NCBI GenBank assembly: GCA_000830175.1
Contig: JQIS01000050.1
Span: 4,578-68,577 of the forward strand
Reading direction: 5' to 3'
Origin: Sulfurovum sp. FS08-3
GTDB taxonomy: Bacteria; Campylobacterota; Campylobacteria; Campylobacterales; Sulfurovaceae
DNA: 64,000 nucleotides
Both the position numbers and the translations under genes were made by a program. Every line of letters begins with the position of its first letter. Within the stretch, counting starts at the first letter, position 1. Of this stretch, positions 1 to 10,422 are shown piece after piece. The notes beneath the pieces were generated by a model. It ran no database searches. It was not told the DNA's origin and worked only from the letters and a program-made list of their open reading frames with translations.

Positions 1-2
1 GG

Positions 3-665
3 CTCTTTTTGACCCCCATGCGTAACTCCATTTTGCTTTTGGATCGATTTATCAAAGATACCACCCACGAGCTCAACACCCCCCTAAGTGCCATACTTGC
101 CAATATTGAACTGATGGATACCTCTGTGATGGTCGAAAAAAACAAAAAAAAGCTACACCGTATCAATATCGCCGCCAAAACCGTCTCGGCTATCTACAAA
201 GACCTCACCTATCTTACACTTGAAAAAGATAGAATGACCAATGAAGATATAGATATTGATGTAGGGCGGTTGATTAATGATAGAGTAGAGTATTTTGATA
301 TTTTGGCACAATCAAAAAATATCACCTTTGAGCTTCAACTAACCCCCACGCACTTTCGCATGGATAAAAAAAAGGCGACACGGGTTGTCGATAATCTCCT
401 CTCCAATGCCATTAAGTACAATCGCCGAAACGGTACGATTACTATCATACTTCAACCCAATAGGCTAGAAATCATAGACAGCGGCATAGGAATAGAGGAG
501 TCCAAAATCCCCTATATTTTTGATCGCTATTTGCGTTTCAATCAAAGCGAAGGGGGGTTTGGGATAGGATTGAGTATTGTCAAAACTATTTTGGATGAGT
601 ACCGTATCGCTATCGAAGTTTACTCGAAGCTAGATTGGGGAACGCAAGTGATTTTGACATGGTAA
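3..665 (+). CDS. sensor histidine kinase, C-terminal portion (5' end outside window)
   Basis: ORF open to the window edge; H-box HELNTPLSAI, N-box LLSNAIKYN, G-boxes IIDSGIGI and GGFGIGLSIV. Confidence 0.85.
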   Translation, partial: LFLTPMRNSILLLDRFIKDTTHELNTPLSAILANIELMDTSVMVEKNKKKLHRINIAAKTVSAIYKDLTYLTLEKDRMTNEDIDIDVGRLINDRVEYFDILAQSKNITFELQLTPTHFRMDKKKATRVVDNLLSNAIKYNRRNGTITIILQPNRLEIIDSGIGIEESKIPYIFDRYLRFNQSEGGFGIGLSIVKTILDEYRIAIEVYSKLDWGTQVILTW

Positions 666-694
666 GTTTATAATTTAAAGGAGAAGAGTCCTAC

Positions 695-1069
695 ATGAAG
701 TCCCTATACCAACGACACTGTTGCTCTATAAAAGTGTGGATAAAAATTCTTTTTGCAGTGATGATATGGGTATCATCTGCCAAGACTCAAGATGCTTTTG
801 AAAAGCACTGCATGGGGTGTCACGCCAAACTACCCGCTTCACTTGAGCGGATTTTTTTTAACTATCTTTTGGTTTACAGTAGTCAAAAAGATACCCAAGA
901 GGCGATTATCTATTATCTCAAATCCCCCGATAAAGATATATCCTTGATGTCGGATCTCTTTTTGGATACTTTTGGGGTCAAAAAAGCGACAAAGCTTGAT
1001 GATAAAACCCTCAAAGAGGCTGTTGATATATACTGGAAACGCTACAACGTAATAGATAAAATAAGATAA
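695..1069 (+). CDS. putative periplasmic monohaem c-type cytochrome-like protein
   Basis: N-terminal hydrophobic segment and a single CMGCH haem-binding motif; start choice uncertain. Confidence 0.45.
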   Translation: MKSLYQRHCCSIKVWIKILFAVMIWVSSAKTQDAFEKHCMGCHAKLPASLERIFFNYLLVYSSQKDTQEAIIYYLKSPDKDISLMSDLFLDTFGVKKATKLDDKTLKEAVDIYWKRYNVIDKIR

Positions 1070-1145
1070 AAAATCTATGATTACACAATCATTTCACAAT
1101 TGTTGGCTATAATTCCATTTACAAAATCAAAAATAAGGAAAAACG

Positions 1146-1466
1146 ATGACAAAAATCGCAAAAACTGCTCTTGTAGCCCTTTTTTCAGTAGCTCTTTTGA
1201 GTTCAACAGCTTCGGCAGATGTAGAAAAAGGTAAAAAACTCTACTCTAAAAAATTAAAAGGTGCATGTGGCTTTTCAGGTGCTAAATTTGCTGCATCACA
1301 CACACAAGATGATTGGGAAGCTTTGAAAGAGGCGGGTAAATTTGGTGATGAAGTGAAAAAACTTTGCCCAAAAGCTGACAAGGGCTACAAAGATGAGTGG
1401 ACAAATGATCTTTACGATTTCGCTTATGAGTATGCTTCAGATTCAGGTAACGTACCTAGCTGCTAA
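1146..1466 (+). CDS. small secreted protein, function unknown
   Basis: AAGGAA upstream of the ATG; signal-peptide-like N-terminus ending SSTASA-DV. Confidence 0.5.
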   Translation: MTKIAKTALVALFSVALLSSTASADVEKGKKLYSKKLKGACGFSGAKFAASHTQDDWEALKEAGKFGDEVKKLCPKADKGYKDEWTNDLYDFAYEYASDSGNVPSC

Positions 1467-1548
1467 TAACCCCCTTAAACGCCTCATAGGGAAATTTCTC
1501 TATGGGGATAAACAATTTTACACATAATTTTTATTTAAAGGATACACA

Positions 1549-1911
1549 ATGAAAAAAATCGCAATCTCTATGCTTATCGCAGGTGCTACAATGTTGATGG
1601 CTGAGGCTCCAGCTGCTTATACTGCTTGTAAAGCATGTCACGGTGAAAAAGGTGAAAAAGCTTTTGCTGCTGCTCCTGATAGAGTACCTGCTAAACTTTC
1701 AAAAGAAGATATCGTAAAGGCTCTTAAAGGGTACAAAGATGGTTCTTACGGCGGTGCTACAAAAGGAATGATGGCAGGTCAAGTTGCTGCATTAACCGAT
1801 GCACAAATCGAAGAACTTGCTACTTATATCTCTGGTGGTAGCGAAACAGCTGCTCCTGCTGAGACAAACGCTACTGAAGCACCTGCTGCAGAAGCTAACG
1901 CTACAAAGTAG
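1549..1911 (+). CDS. cytochrome c553-type monohaem cytochrome c
   Basis: Signal peptide, CKACHG haem motif, Met-rich distal-ligand region GMMAGQV, AAGGA RBS. Confidence 0.8.
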   Translation: MKKIAISMLIAGATMLMAEAPAAYTACKACHGEKGEKAFAAAPDRVPAKLSKEDIVKALKGYKDGSYGGATKGMMAGQVAALTDAQIEELATYISGGSETAAPAETNATEAPAAEANATK

Positions 1912-2093
1912 TGACAACTCCTCTCCTATCGCATCGTGCGGTGGGAAAGACCTCTTTTAAAATCCCCCTACAATTTTTTACTTTTTATTTACTTAATGTT
2001 GAAATGCTTTTTGAGATGTTCATCTTCTTTTAGGGTTATTGGAAGTTGCTTTAAGGTATAATCACGGCACTATTTTAACACAAAGGGTTTGAT

Positions 2094-3842
2094 TTGAGAA
2101 CACACTATTGTGCCCAAATTAATGAGAGTCATATTGGCGAGGTGGTCACTGTAAGCGGTTGGGTTAGTAGCCGTAGAGACCACGGTGGCGTTATTTTTAT
2201 TGATTTACGTGATAAAGATGAAGTGGTGCAACTCGTTTGCGACCCAACTGACAACGAACAAGCACATAAGAAAGCCGAATCGGTACGGGATCAATTTGTG
2301 TTGGTAGCCACAGGCAAAATACGAGCCAGAGGCGAAGGGTTGGAAAATCCCAATCTCAAAACGGGAAAAATTGAGATGGTTGTCGATGAGTTGATAATCG
2401 AAAACAAATCGCTTCCTATGCCTTTTGATCTCAATGATGAGAAGGTCAATGAAGAGATTAAGCTCAAATACCGCTATCTTGAGTTGCGTACTCAAAAATC
2501 CTACAATATCTTCAAGCTTCGTTCAAAAGTGACCATAGCCGCACGCAATTCACTTGATGCTATGGAGTTTTTGGAGGTCGAAACTCCTATTCTTACCAAA
2601 TCAACACCCGAGGGAGCCAGAGATTATCTAGTCCCAAGCCGTGTGCACGGTGGAGAGTTTTACGCGCTTCCTCAATCGCCGCAACTCTTTAAACAACTCC
2701 TTATGGTAGGTGGATTTGACCGCTATTTTCAAATTGCTAAATGTTTTCGTGATGAGGATTTAAGAGCCGATAGACAACCAGAGTTTACACAAATCGATGT
2801 TGAAATGAGCTTTTGCGAGCAAGAAGATGTCATTAATGTGGCTCAAAAACTCATTTACGATATATTTACCCAGTGCGGTTTTGAAGTGCCAACGCACTTT
2901 GATCGCATGACCTATCAAGAAGCTATGGAGAAGTACGGTAGCGATAAGCCCGATATGCGTTACGATTTGGCAATGGTAGATGTGATTGATATTTTTGAGC
3001 GATGCGACAATGAGATATTTTCCAAAATCGCCGCTACGCCCAAAAAAAATCGCATCAAAGCCCTCAAAGTACCCAAAGGCGACACCCTCTTCTCCAAACG
3101 GCAAATGAAAGGTTTTGAAGAGTATGTACGCAAGTTTGGTGCTAGTGGTTTGGGATATTTCCAAATGAAAGAGGATGGACTCAAAGGCCCGCTAACCAAA
3201 TTCTTTAAAGAAGAAGATTTGCATGCCATTATTGAGCGATGCCAACTTGAAGTGGATGATGTAGTCTTTTTTGGTGCGGGTGAGAAAAAACGTGTTCTTG
3301 ATTATATGGGACGTTTTAGAATCTATTTGGCACAACTTATGGAGATTATTCCGCAAGATCAATTTGCCTTCCTTTGGGTTGTTGATTTTCCGATGTTTGA
3401 AGTTGAAGATGGAGAGGTTAAGGCTCTTCATCACCCCTTTACGATGCCAAAATCGTTGGATTATGAAGATATAGAGGATATTGAATCGATTGCGTACGAT
3501 ATTGTCCTCAACGGCGTTGAGCTTGGAGGCGGATCGATTCGTATCCACAAAGAGGATATTCAAGAGGAGATCTTCAAGCTTTTGGGCATTGGCGAAGAGG
3601 CTGCCAAAGAGAAGTTTGGATTCTTGCTTGATGCACTTAAATTTGGTGCGCCTCCACACGGCGGATTTGCTATAGGTTTGGATAGACTCATTATGCTTAT
3701 GTCGGGGGCTAGTAGTATTCGAGAGGTTATTGCTTTCCCAAAAACGCAAAAAGCACAATGTTTGCTCACACAAGCACCCAGCAGTGTCGATAACAATCAA
3801 CTCAAAGAGCTTAGCATTCGAGTCAAAAAAAGTGAAAAATAA
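2094..3842 (+). CDS. aspS: aspartate--tRNA ligase
   Basis: 582 aa; class II aaRS motifs [31 protein letters not shown]; TTG start after AAAGGG. Confidence 0.95.
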   Translation: MRTHYCAQINESHIGEVVTVSGWVSSRRDHGGVIFIDLRDKDEVVQLVCDPTDNEQAHKKAESVRDQFVLVATGKIRARGEGLENPNLKTGKIEMVVDELIIENKSLPMPFDLNDEKVNEEIKLKYRYLELRTQKSYNIFKLRSKVTIAARNSLDAMEFLEVETPILTKSTPEGARDYLVPSRVHGGEFYALPQSPQLFKQLLMVGGFDRYFQIAKCFRDEDLRADRQPEFTQIDVEMSFCEQEDVINVAQKLIYDIFTQCGFEVPTHFDRMTYQEAMEKYGSDKPDMRYDLAMVDVIDIFERCDNEIFSKIAATPKKNRIKALKVPKGDTLFSKRQMKGFEEYVRKFGASGLGYFQMKEDGLKGPLTKFFKEEDLHAIIERCQLEVDDVVFFGAGEKKRVLDYMGRFRIYLAQLMEIIPQDQFAFLWVVDFPMFEVEDGEVKALHHPFTMPKSLDYEDIEDIESIAYDIVLNGVELGGGSIRIHKEDIQEEIFKLLGIGEEAAKEKFGFLLDALKFGAPPHGGFAIGLDRLIMLMSGASSIREVIAFPKTQKAQCLLTQAPSSVDNNQLKELSIRVKKSEK

Positions 3843-3852
3843 AGGAGAGAAT

Positions 3853-4437
3853 ATGAAAAAACTGTTTTTAATCATTGGAGCGCCTGGAAGCGGAAAAACC
3901 ACCGATGCGGGGCTTATTGCTGCACGTGATGAGAAGATTACGCACTACTCTACGGGTGATATGTTTCGAGCCGAGGTGGCTAGTGGAAGCAGGCGAGGAG
4001 AACTTATCAATAGCTTTGTAAGCAAAGGAAATCTTGTGCCTATTGATATTGTGATTGAAACTATCGTAGAGGCTATCAAAAAAGCCCCTACTCCTGTGGT
4101 AGTAATCGATGGATACCCACGAAGTACTGAGCAGATGATAGAACTTGATAAATACCTCGAAAACGAAGAGAGTGTGGAGCTTGTGAGTGTCATTGAGGTA
4201 GCCGTTAGTGAAGAGACAGCCAAAAATCGAATTTTGGGAAGAGCCATGGAGTCTGAGGTAGCACGAGACGATGATAGCGTAGAGGTGTTTTACAATAGAA
4301 TGAAAGTCTATACTGAGCCACTTGCTGCTATTCAAGCGTTTTATCAATCCAAAGGACTTCACAAAGTCATTGATGGCGAAGGAAGCATTGAAGAGATTGT
4401 CAATACGATGAATGAGTTTGTGCAGAGCAAGATTTAA
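3853..4437 (+). CDS. adk: adenylate kinase
   Basis: P-loop GAPGSGKTT. ATG at 3853 follows AAAGGAGAG; the longer 3730 ORF start overlaps aspS and is rejected. Confidence 0.9.
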   Translation: MKKLFLIIGAPGSGKTTDAGLIAARDEKITHYSTGDMFRAEVASGSRRGELINSFVSKGNLVPIDIVIETIVEAIKKAPTPVVVIDGYPRSTEQMIELDKYLENEESVELVSVIEVAVSEETAKNRILGRAMESEVARDDDSVEVFYNRMKVYTEPLAAIQAFYQSKGLHKVIDGEGSIEEIVNTMNEFVQSKI

Positions 4438-4563
4438 TGCATCGCAAATTAGGTATTGATGTCGCTATTGTGGAGATTGATTAAACAACATTCTATTTGC
4501 AATTTGCTATAATAAAAATATTTTGTGCCATAGCGTTGCACGATTCAAATAGGAAAAATAGAA

Positions 4564-5133
4564 ATGATTTTAATGATTGACAACTACGACAGCTTTACCT
4601 ACAACATAGTACAATATTGTGCAGAGCTTGGGGCGAACCTCAAAGTGATTCGCAACGACGAGCTTAGCATTGAGGAGATTGGGGCTTTGCATCCCGAAAA
4701 AATCATCATCTCTCCAGGACCCTCTACACCCGATGATGCAGGAGTGACGCTTGAGGTTATTAGGACTTTTGGTGATACGATACCGATTTTTGGGATTTGT
4801 TTGGGGCATCAAAGCATCGCACAAGCCTACGGTGGAGAGGTGGTGAGAGCCAAAAATATGATGCACGGCAAGACTTCACAGATACACATTGATGCACCCA
4901 CTCCTATTTTTGAGACCTTGCCCAGTGAGTTTCGTGCTACTCGTTACCATTCGCTTATTGTCAAGCGTGAGGGTTTGCCCTCTCATATCATTGTCACATC
5001 GCACAGCAAAGATGACAACGAAATCATGTCGCTACATATCAAAGACAAGCCCATTTACGGTGTACAATTTCACCCAGAATCGATCATGAGTCAATACGGG
5101 CATGAGATGTTGGGGAACTTTTTAAAACTCTAA
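4564..5133 (+). CDS. anthranilate/aminodeoxychorismate synthase component II (class I glutamine amidotransferase)
   Basis: MIDNYDSFTYN N-terminus, catalytic GICLGHQ and FHPES motifs. Confidence 0.85.
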   Translation: MILMIDNYDSFTYNIVQYCAELGANLKVIRNDELSIEEIGALHPEKIIISPGPSTPDDAGVTLEVIRTFGDTIPIFGICLGHQSIAQAYGGEVVRAKNMMHGKTSQIHIDAPTPIFETLPSEFRATRYHSLIVKREGLPSHIIVTSHSKDDNEIMSLHIKDKPIYGVQFHPESIMSQYGHEMLGNFLKL

Positions 5134-6225
5134 ATGTCCAAAAGATTATTTTTAGCCGTTGGAATTGTCTATTTTGTCGCTACATTGTATATGGCGATGA
5201 CCATTCCCATCTCTCCTCATGAAGCAGAGAGTCTCTATCTCAAAAAGAGTATCGATACTTTTTTGATGAATCTTTGCTATCCCTATTTGGAGGGATTTAT
5301 CGCTTTTAGGCTACCTTACTATCTCTTTGGTGTACTCAATCTCTTTTTGTTTTGGGAGTTGTCACGATACTACTACAAAACATCCCAAGAGCGATACATT
5401 GCAACGACACTCTTTATTCTTTTGCCTGGCATTGTGACTTCGATGATTTTGGTCAATATTTCAGTCGTGGTTATCGCATGGGTATTGATATTTTTGAATG
5501 CTTATCATAAAAATTGGTCAATTGTGCAGAGTATTGCTTTGATAGTGTTACTATTTGTGCATGATAGTGCTATTGTTTTTTTTATTTCATTGGCAATTTA
5601 TGGCTATTTTAGAGACAAAAAGTATCTATTGGTGGTTGCTTTGTTGCTTGTAATGATGGCACTTTGGATGGGAGAATATTTGGAGATTGGAGGTTTGCCA
5701 CGGGGGCATTTTGCTACCATTTTTGGACTCTACATCGCCATTTTTTCACCTTTTGTTTTTGTCTATTTTTGCTACACGCTCTATCGACTTTATCATGAAA
5801 AAAAACACGACATTGTATGGTATATCGCCTCGATGGGGCTTCTTTTTTCTTTTTTGCTTTCGATTCGACAGCAGGTTATTGTCACAGAGTTTTCGCCTTA
5901 CATATTAATAGGTTCTATCTTTTTGTACCGTGTCTATAGCGAGAGTCTTAAAGTACGCCTCAAAATCTATCAAACAACCTACAAAAAAGTCTTTCTTTTT
6001 ACGCTTACAACACTGCTTTTAGGTACAATGAGCATCTTTTTGCATCGTCCTCTCTTTTGGCTTTTTGAGGATAAAAGCCGACATTTTGCCTATGCTATTT
6101 ATGAGCCTTATTGGTTGGCTCAAGCGTTAAAAGCTCAAAATATTCACTGTTATGATACAAAATTTATCAAAAAAGCTGCTCAGTTACAATATTATGAAAT
6201 TCCCCCATGTGCTTCTCGCAATTAG
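5134..6225 (+). CDS. polytopic integral membrane protein, function unknown
   Basis: Many hydrophobic segments; ATG immediately follows the upstream stop (TAAATG). Confidence 0.6.
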   Translation: MSKRLFLAVGIVYFVATLYMAMTIPISPHEAESLYLKKSIDTFLMNLCYPYLEGFIAFRLPYYLFGVLNLFLFWELSRYYYKTSQERYIATTLFILLPGIVTSMILVNISVVVIAWVLIFLNAYHKNWSIVQSIALIVLLFVHDSAIVFFISLAIYGYFRDKKYLLVVALLLVMMALWMGEYLEIGGLPRGHFATIFGLYIAIFSPFVFVYFCYTLYRLYHEKKHDIVWYIASMGLLFSFLLSIRQQVIVTEFSPYILIGSIFLYRVYSESLKVRLKIYQTTYKKVFLFTLTTLLLGTMSIFLHRPLFWLFEDKSRHFAYAIYEPYWLAQALKAQNIHCYDTKFIKKAAQLQYYEIPPCASRN

Positions 6226-6350
6226 TCTCTTTTTTTGTTTCTAAAATACACAACGAGGGCAATAACCATTATATTATTTATTACTTATAGTAAAGATACA
6301 ACAATCTAATGATAAAGTTATAGCAACAAAAATAAACAAAGGAGAACTCA

Positions 6351-7688
6351 ATGGCTCAAAAGGCGATTCGAGAGTATGACGCAAAGTCTATATTAGCAAA
6401 GCATTGGGATAAATACTTCCCACGCTTTACTTATGCTTATGAGACGGTATTGGTAAAAAATGGACCAGAACTAAGAGAAGCGGCGATAGATCATCCATGG
6501 CTTAGCACAAAAACTTTGGTGGCAAAACCCGATATGCTCTTTGGAAAAAGAGGAAAAAATGGATTGGTACTCTTCAAAGACAAAGCAGTAGGCGATGTGA
6601 CACTTGTCAAAGCTGCCAATTGGATTGATAGCAAAACCAAAGAGAAACAAGAGGTCTATTTTAGCTTTGAGGGTGACACTCCAGTGGGTAATCCATCGGT
6701 TGATTATCTTACGCATTTTATCGTCGAGCCATTTGCACCTCACACACAAGAGGAGGAGTATTATATCTCGGCTACATGCGTAGGTGATGAAGATGTACTC
6801 TATATGTCTGCCGAAGGTGGTATGGAAGTCGAAGAGGGTTGGGATGAGAAAGTTGTCGAAGTAGCCTTTCCTATTACTGCTACCGAAGCAGAGATTGAAG
6901 AGAAAATCAAAGCCAATATCCCCGCCGATGTAGCCCAAAAAGACAAAGCAGCTTTTGCACAGTTTGCGATTGGATTTTTTAAGGCTTATCGAGAGCTAAA
7001 TTTTGCTTATCTTGAAATCAATCCTTTTGTTATGCAAGGTCGAAAAATTGAGCTACTTGATATGGTCGCCAAGCTTGATGATACCGCTGGATTTATGATG
7101 GTTGAGGAGTGGGGTAGTGTGGAGTATCCCACCGCTTTTGGTATGGAAGAGAAATCTCCCGAAGTCCTAGCTATCGAAGATGCCGATGCCAAAACAGGGG
7201 CTTCTTTGAAATTGACACTGCTCAAACCCGATGCTCGAATTTGGACAATGGTAGCGGGTGGTGGTGCATCGGTGGTTTATGCCGATACTATTGCAGATTT
7301 GGCAGGTATTGAGGATTTGGCAAACTATGGCGAGTACAGTGGCGGACCTACTACAGGTGAGACCAAATTCTATGCCGAAACCATTTTGGATCTTATGACT
7401 CGCAAAAAAGATTTGCAAGGAAGAGACAAAATCTTGATTATTGGTGGAGCTATTGCAAACTTTACCGATGTAGCTGCTACTTTTACAGGTATCATTCTAG
7501 CTTTTGAAGAGTATGCCGACAAGATGAAAGAGATAGGTGTTAAGATTTATGTACGAAGAGGTGGACCAAACTACGAAAAGGGTCTAAGAGATATTAAAGC
7601 CGCCGCAGATAGATTGGGTCTATGGATTGATGTTTACGGACCCGAAACGCACGTAACGGATATTGTAAGAATGGCAGTAGAGGCATAA
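6351..7688 (+). CDS. aclB: ATP-citrate lyase, beta (ATP-grasp) subunit
   Basis: MAQKAIREYDAKSILAKHW N-terminus typical of AclB; adjacent to aclA; AAGGAG RBS. Confidence 0.9.
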   Translation: MAQKAIREYDAKSILAKHWDKYFPRFTYAYETVLVKNGPELREAAIDHPWLSTKTLVAKPDMLFGKRGKNGLVLFKDKAVGDVTLVKAANWIDSKTKEKQEVYFSFEGDTPVGNPSVDYLTHFIVEPFAPHTQEEEYYISATCVGDEDVLYMSAEGGMEVEEGWDEKVVEVAFPITATEAEIEEKIKANIPADVAQKDKAAFAQFAIGFFKAYRELNFAYLEINPFVMQGRKIELLDMVAKLDDTAGFMMVEEWGSVEYPTAFGMEEKSPEVLAIEDADAKTGASLKLTLLKPDARIWTMVAGGGASVVYADTIADLAGIEDLANYGEYSGGPTTGETKFYAETILDLMTRKKDLQGRDKILIIGGAIANFTDVAATFTGIILAFEEYADKMKEIGVKIYVRRGGPNYEKGLRDIKAAADRLGLWIDVYGPETHVTDIVRMAVEA

Positions 7689-7697
7689 GGAGAAAAA

Positions 7698-9500
7698 ATG
7701 GCACAATTATTTACAAGAGATACACAAGCAATTTTTTGGAACAATAATACAACAGCAATTCAAAGAATGCTAGATTATGACTATACCATCAAGCGTGATA
7801 AGCCTTCAGTTGCGGCTATCGTAGCACCTACCTCGTCAGGAAAGTTTGAGAAGTTTTTTTACGGTCCCGATGAGATTATGATTCCTACCTTTAAAACAAC
7901 CGCCGAGGCCAAAGAGGCTCAGCCTCAAGCCGATGTATTGTTAAACTTTGCCTCTTTCCGTACAGCGTACGATGTCACTATGGAGGCATTGGAGATAGGC
8001 GGATTTAGCACTATTATGATTACTGCCGAGGGAATACCCGAAAGACTTGCAAGAAAAATGAACGCAACGGCAAGAGCGAGTGGTGTGGTGGTTATTGGAC
8101 CAGCAACGGTTGGGGGTATTGCACCTGGAGCGTTTAAAATAGCAAACGTGGGTGGTACGATTACCAATATTGTCAATTCCAAATTGCATCGAGCGGGTTC
8201 GTGTGGATTGGTCACACGCTCAGGAGGTCTCTTCAATGAGCTAAGCAATATTATCTCTATTAATGCCGACGGTATTGCAGAGGGTGTAGCAATTGGTGGA
8301 GATAGATTTGTAGGATCTGTTTTTATTGATAACCTTTTGAGAATGGAGTCTAACCCACAAGTCAAGTATATGTTGTTGTTGGGCGAAGTAGGTGGTATCG
8401 AAGAGTACAAAGTAATTGATGCTATCAAAGAGGGTAAAATTACCAAGCCTGTTATTGCATGGTGTATTGGTACTATTGCGAAATATTACGACAGCGGTGT
8501 TCAATTTGGTCACGCAGGAGCGAGTGCAAACGCCGAGCGAGAGACGGCAGAAGCCAAAAATAGAGCCATGAGTGAAGCAGGTATTTATGTACCCGAAAGC
8601 TTTAATGATTTGCCAAATAAAATCAAAGAGGTTTATGAGAGCTTAAATCTTGCTCCAATTGCAGAACCCGAAATGAATGTTGTCCCAACCGTAAGAAGAA
8701 GCAAACAATTTATTTGTACCATCTCCGACGATAGAGGCGATGAGGCAACTTACGCAGGATTCCCAATCTCTTCGGTGGCACTTCCAAGTACAGGCAAGGG
8801 TATTGGCGATGTTATTGCACTTTTGTGGTTTAAAAAGCAATATCCAAAATGGGCAACAGACTTTATTGAAACCGTACTCAAAACAGTTGCAGACCACGGT
8901 CCTGCAGTTTCAGGTGCACACAACGCCAAAGTTACAGCACGTGCAGGTAAATCAGTAGTTGAATCGCTTGTGACAGGTCTTTTAACCATTGGTCCACGAT
9001 TTGGTGGAGCTATTGATGGTGCTGCACAGTACTTCAAATATGCCGATGACAACGGATTATCACCCAAAGAGTTTTTGGCGTATATGAAAAACGAAGGGAT
9101 TCCTATTCCTGGTATTGGTCACCGAATCAAATCGCTCAAAAACCCAGATTTGCGTGTCAAAGGACTTATGGAGTATGCTGCAGAGTATTTCCCCTCCACA
9201 CCTTTGTTGGATTATGCACGAACGGTAGAAGCTTTGACTACAAGCAAAAAGGAAAACCTCATTCTTAATGTGGATGGCACAATAGGTATTTTGATGGTGG
9301 ATATGTGGAGAGCTTTGGGGTATGCCGAAGAGGATATTGATGAGTTTATCTCTAGCGGTACGCTCAACGCTTTCTTTATTGTTGGACGAAGCATTGGATT
9401 TATCGGTCATATTCTTGATGAGAAGAGATTGGAGATGCCAATGTATCGACACCCCATGGATGATATTCTTTATGATGTGCAAATGGCACAAGAGATTTAA
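7698..9500 (+). CDS. aclA: ATP-citrate lyase, alpha subunit (CoA-ligase plus citryl-CoA lyase domains)
   Basis: 600 aa; phospho-histidine loop FGHAGASA; citrate-synthase-like C-terminus; 9 nt after aclB. Confidence 0.9.
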   Translation: MAQLFTRDTQAIFWNNNTTAIQRMLDYDYTIKRDKPSVAAIVAPTSSGKFEKFFYGPDEIMIPTFKTTAEAKEAQPQADVLLNFASFRTAYDVTMEALEIGGFSTIMITAEGIPERLARKMNATARASGVVVIGPATVGGIAPGAFKIANVGGTITNIVNSKLHRAGSCGLVTRSGGLFNELSNIISINADGIAEGVAIGGDRFVGSVFIDNLLRMESNPQVKYMLLLGEVGGIEEYKVIDAIKEGKITKPVIAWCIGTIAKYYDSGVQFGHAGASANAERETAEAKNRAMSEAGIYVPESFNDLPNKIKEVYESLNLAPIAEPEMNVVPTVRRSKQFICTISDDRGDEATYAGFPISSVALPSTGKGIGDVIALLWFKKQYPKWATDFIETVLKTVADHGPAVSGAHNAKVTARAGKSVVESLVTGLLTIGPRFGGAIDGAAQYFKYADDNGLSPKEFLAYMKNEGIPIPGIGHRIKSLKNPDLRVKGLMEYAAEYFPSTPLLDYARTVEALTTSKKENLILNVDGTIGILMVDMWRALGYAEEDIDEFISSGTLNAFFIVGRSIGFIGHILDEKRLEMPMYRHPMDDILYDVQMAQEI

Positions 9501-9524
9501 CCACTTTTTAACACTTAACTTTTT

Positions 9525-9556
9525 CAAACCCGTTACGGGTTTGAAATCTTTTCTTA
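9525..9556 (+). terminator. Rho-independent terminator after aclA
   Basis: CAAACCCG-TTA-CGGGTTTG hairpin followed by a T-rich tract. Confidence 0.7.
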
Positions 9557-9637
9557 TTCTTAATCCAAAATTTACTTTTATATAAATATTATAATTTTAA
9601 TGGTATAATCTCTTTGATTAACTATTGGAGAATAATA

Positions 9638-10291
9638 ATGAAACTAAGATATGCATTTAGTATGATAGAGTTGGTATTTGTAATTGTTGTAATGGGTATT
9701 TTAGCCTCTTTGGCGATTCCAAGAATGGATAGAGATTTACGTCAAGAGGCTATGGATAGTATTATGTCTGACATAATGTTGGCTCAAAGAATGGCGGTGA
9801 GTGATTTTCGACACGATGCAGCCGATCCAAAGTGGCAAAAAACTTATTGGAAATGGAGAATAACTGAGTGTAGTAACGATACAATATTTTATATTGTTAC
9901 ATCCAATAAAGATGATCGAACCAATGCAGATAGAAATGAATCAGCCATTGATCCCTACAATCAAAAATATCTTTATGCCCAAACAACAGGCTATTGTTCA
10001 ACAGGCAACGCTCATCCTGATGATTCCGATAGGGTATTGATTACTAAAAAATTTGGTATTAAATCCATTGATAGAAAAGGAGGTTGTAGTAGTGCTCAAC
10101 ATATTGCATTTGATGAGTTTGGAAGACCCCATAATGGTATAGATAGCTATACTAAGCCAAATTTTGCCTATTTAATGAAAGAGGATTGCGAATTGACCTT
10201 TAATTTTGAAAATGGATTGATTGAAGATTCGAGTCCTTTTACTATTACCGTAGAAGCTATTACGGGTCGTACTTTTGTCTCCAAGAGATAG
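9638..10291 (+). CDS. prepilin-type N-terminal cleavage/methylation domain protein (pseudopilin-like)
   Basis: N-terminus MKLRYAFSMIELVFVIVVMGILA; GGAG RBS before the 9638 ATG. Confidence 0.75.
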   Translation: MKLRYAFSMIELVFVIVVMGILASLAIPRMDRDLRQEAMDSIMSDIMLAQRMAVSDFRHDAADPKWQKTYWKWRITECSNDTIFYIVTSNKDDRTNADRNESAIDPYNQKYLYAQTTGYCSTGNAHPDDSDRVLITKKFGIKSIDRKGGCSSAQHIAFDEFGRPHNGIDSYTKPNFAYLMKEDCELTFNFENGLIEDSSPFTITVEAITGRTFVSKR

Positions 10292-10348
10292 TATTTGGAG
10301 GAGATTTTAAAAAAATCGAAATTTTTTTTGTCTTTTTCCCAAAACCCC

Positions 10349-10377
10349 TTGACAAACAAAAACAATTGAGCTATAAT
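10349..10377 (+). promoter_or_regulatory. perfect sigma70-type consensus promoter
   Basis: TTGACA (10349-10354), 17-nt spacer, TATAAT (10372-10377). Confidence 0.5.
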
Positions 10378-10422
10378 TCCCGTCCAACAACAGCAAGACC
10401 GAAAACAAACAACGACTATCAA

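Noticed and set aside
3730-3852. Upstream extension of the adk ORF
   Set aside because: It overlaps the aspS 3' end in another frame. A strong RBS and the P-loop N-terminus fit the ATG at 3853.
3192-3902. Long antisense shadow ORFs (also 7925..8446, 13266..13853, 30156..30641, 59831..60319 and many others in the track)
   Set aside because: They lie opposite well-supported conserved genes (aspS, aclA, gyrB, hslV, queE). They have low-complexity or odd composition and no start signals.
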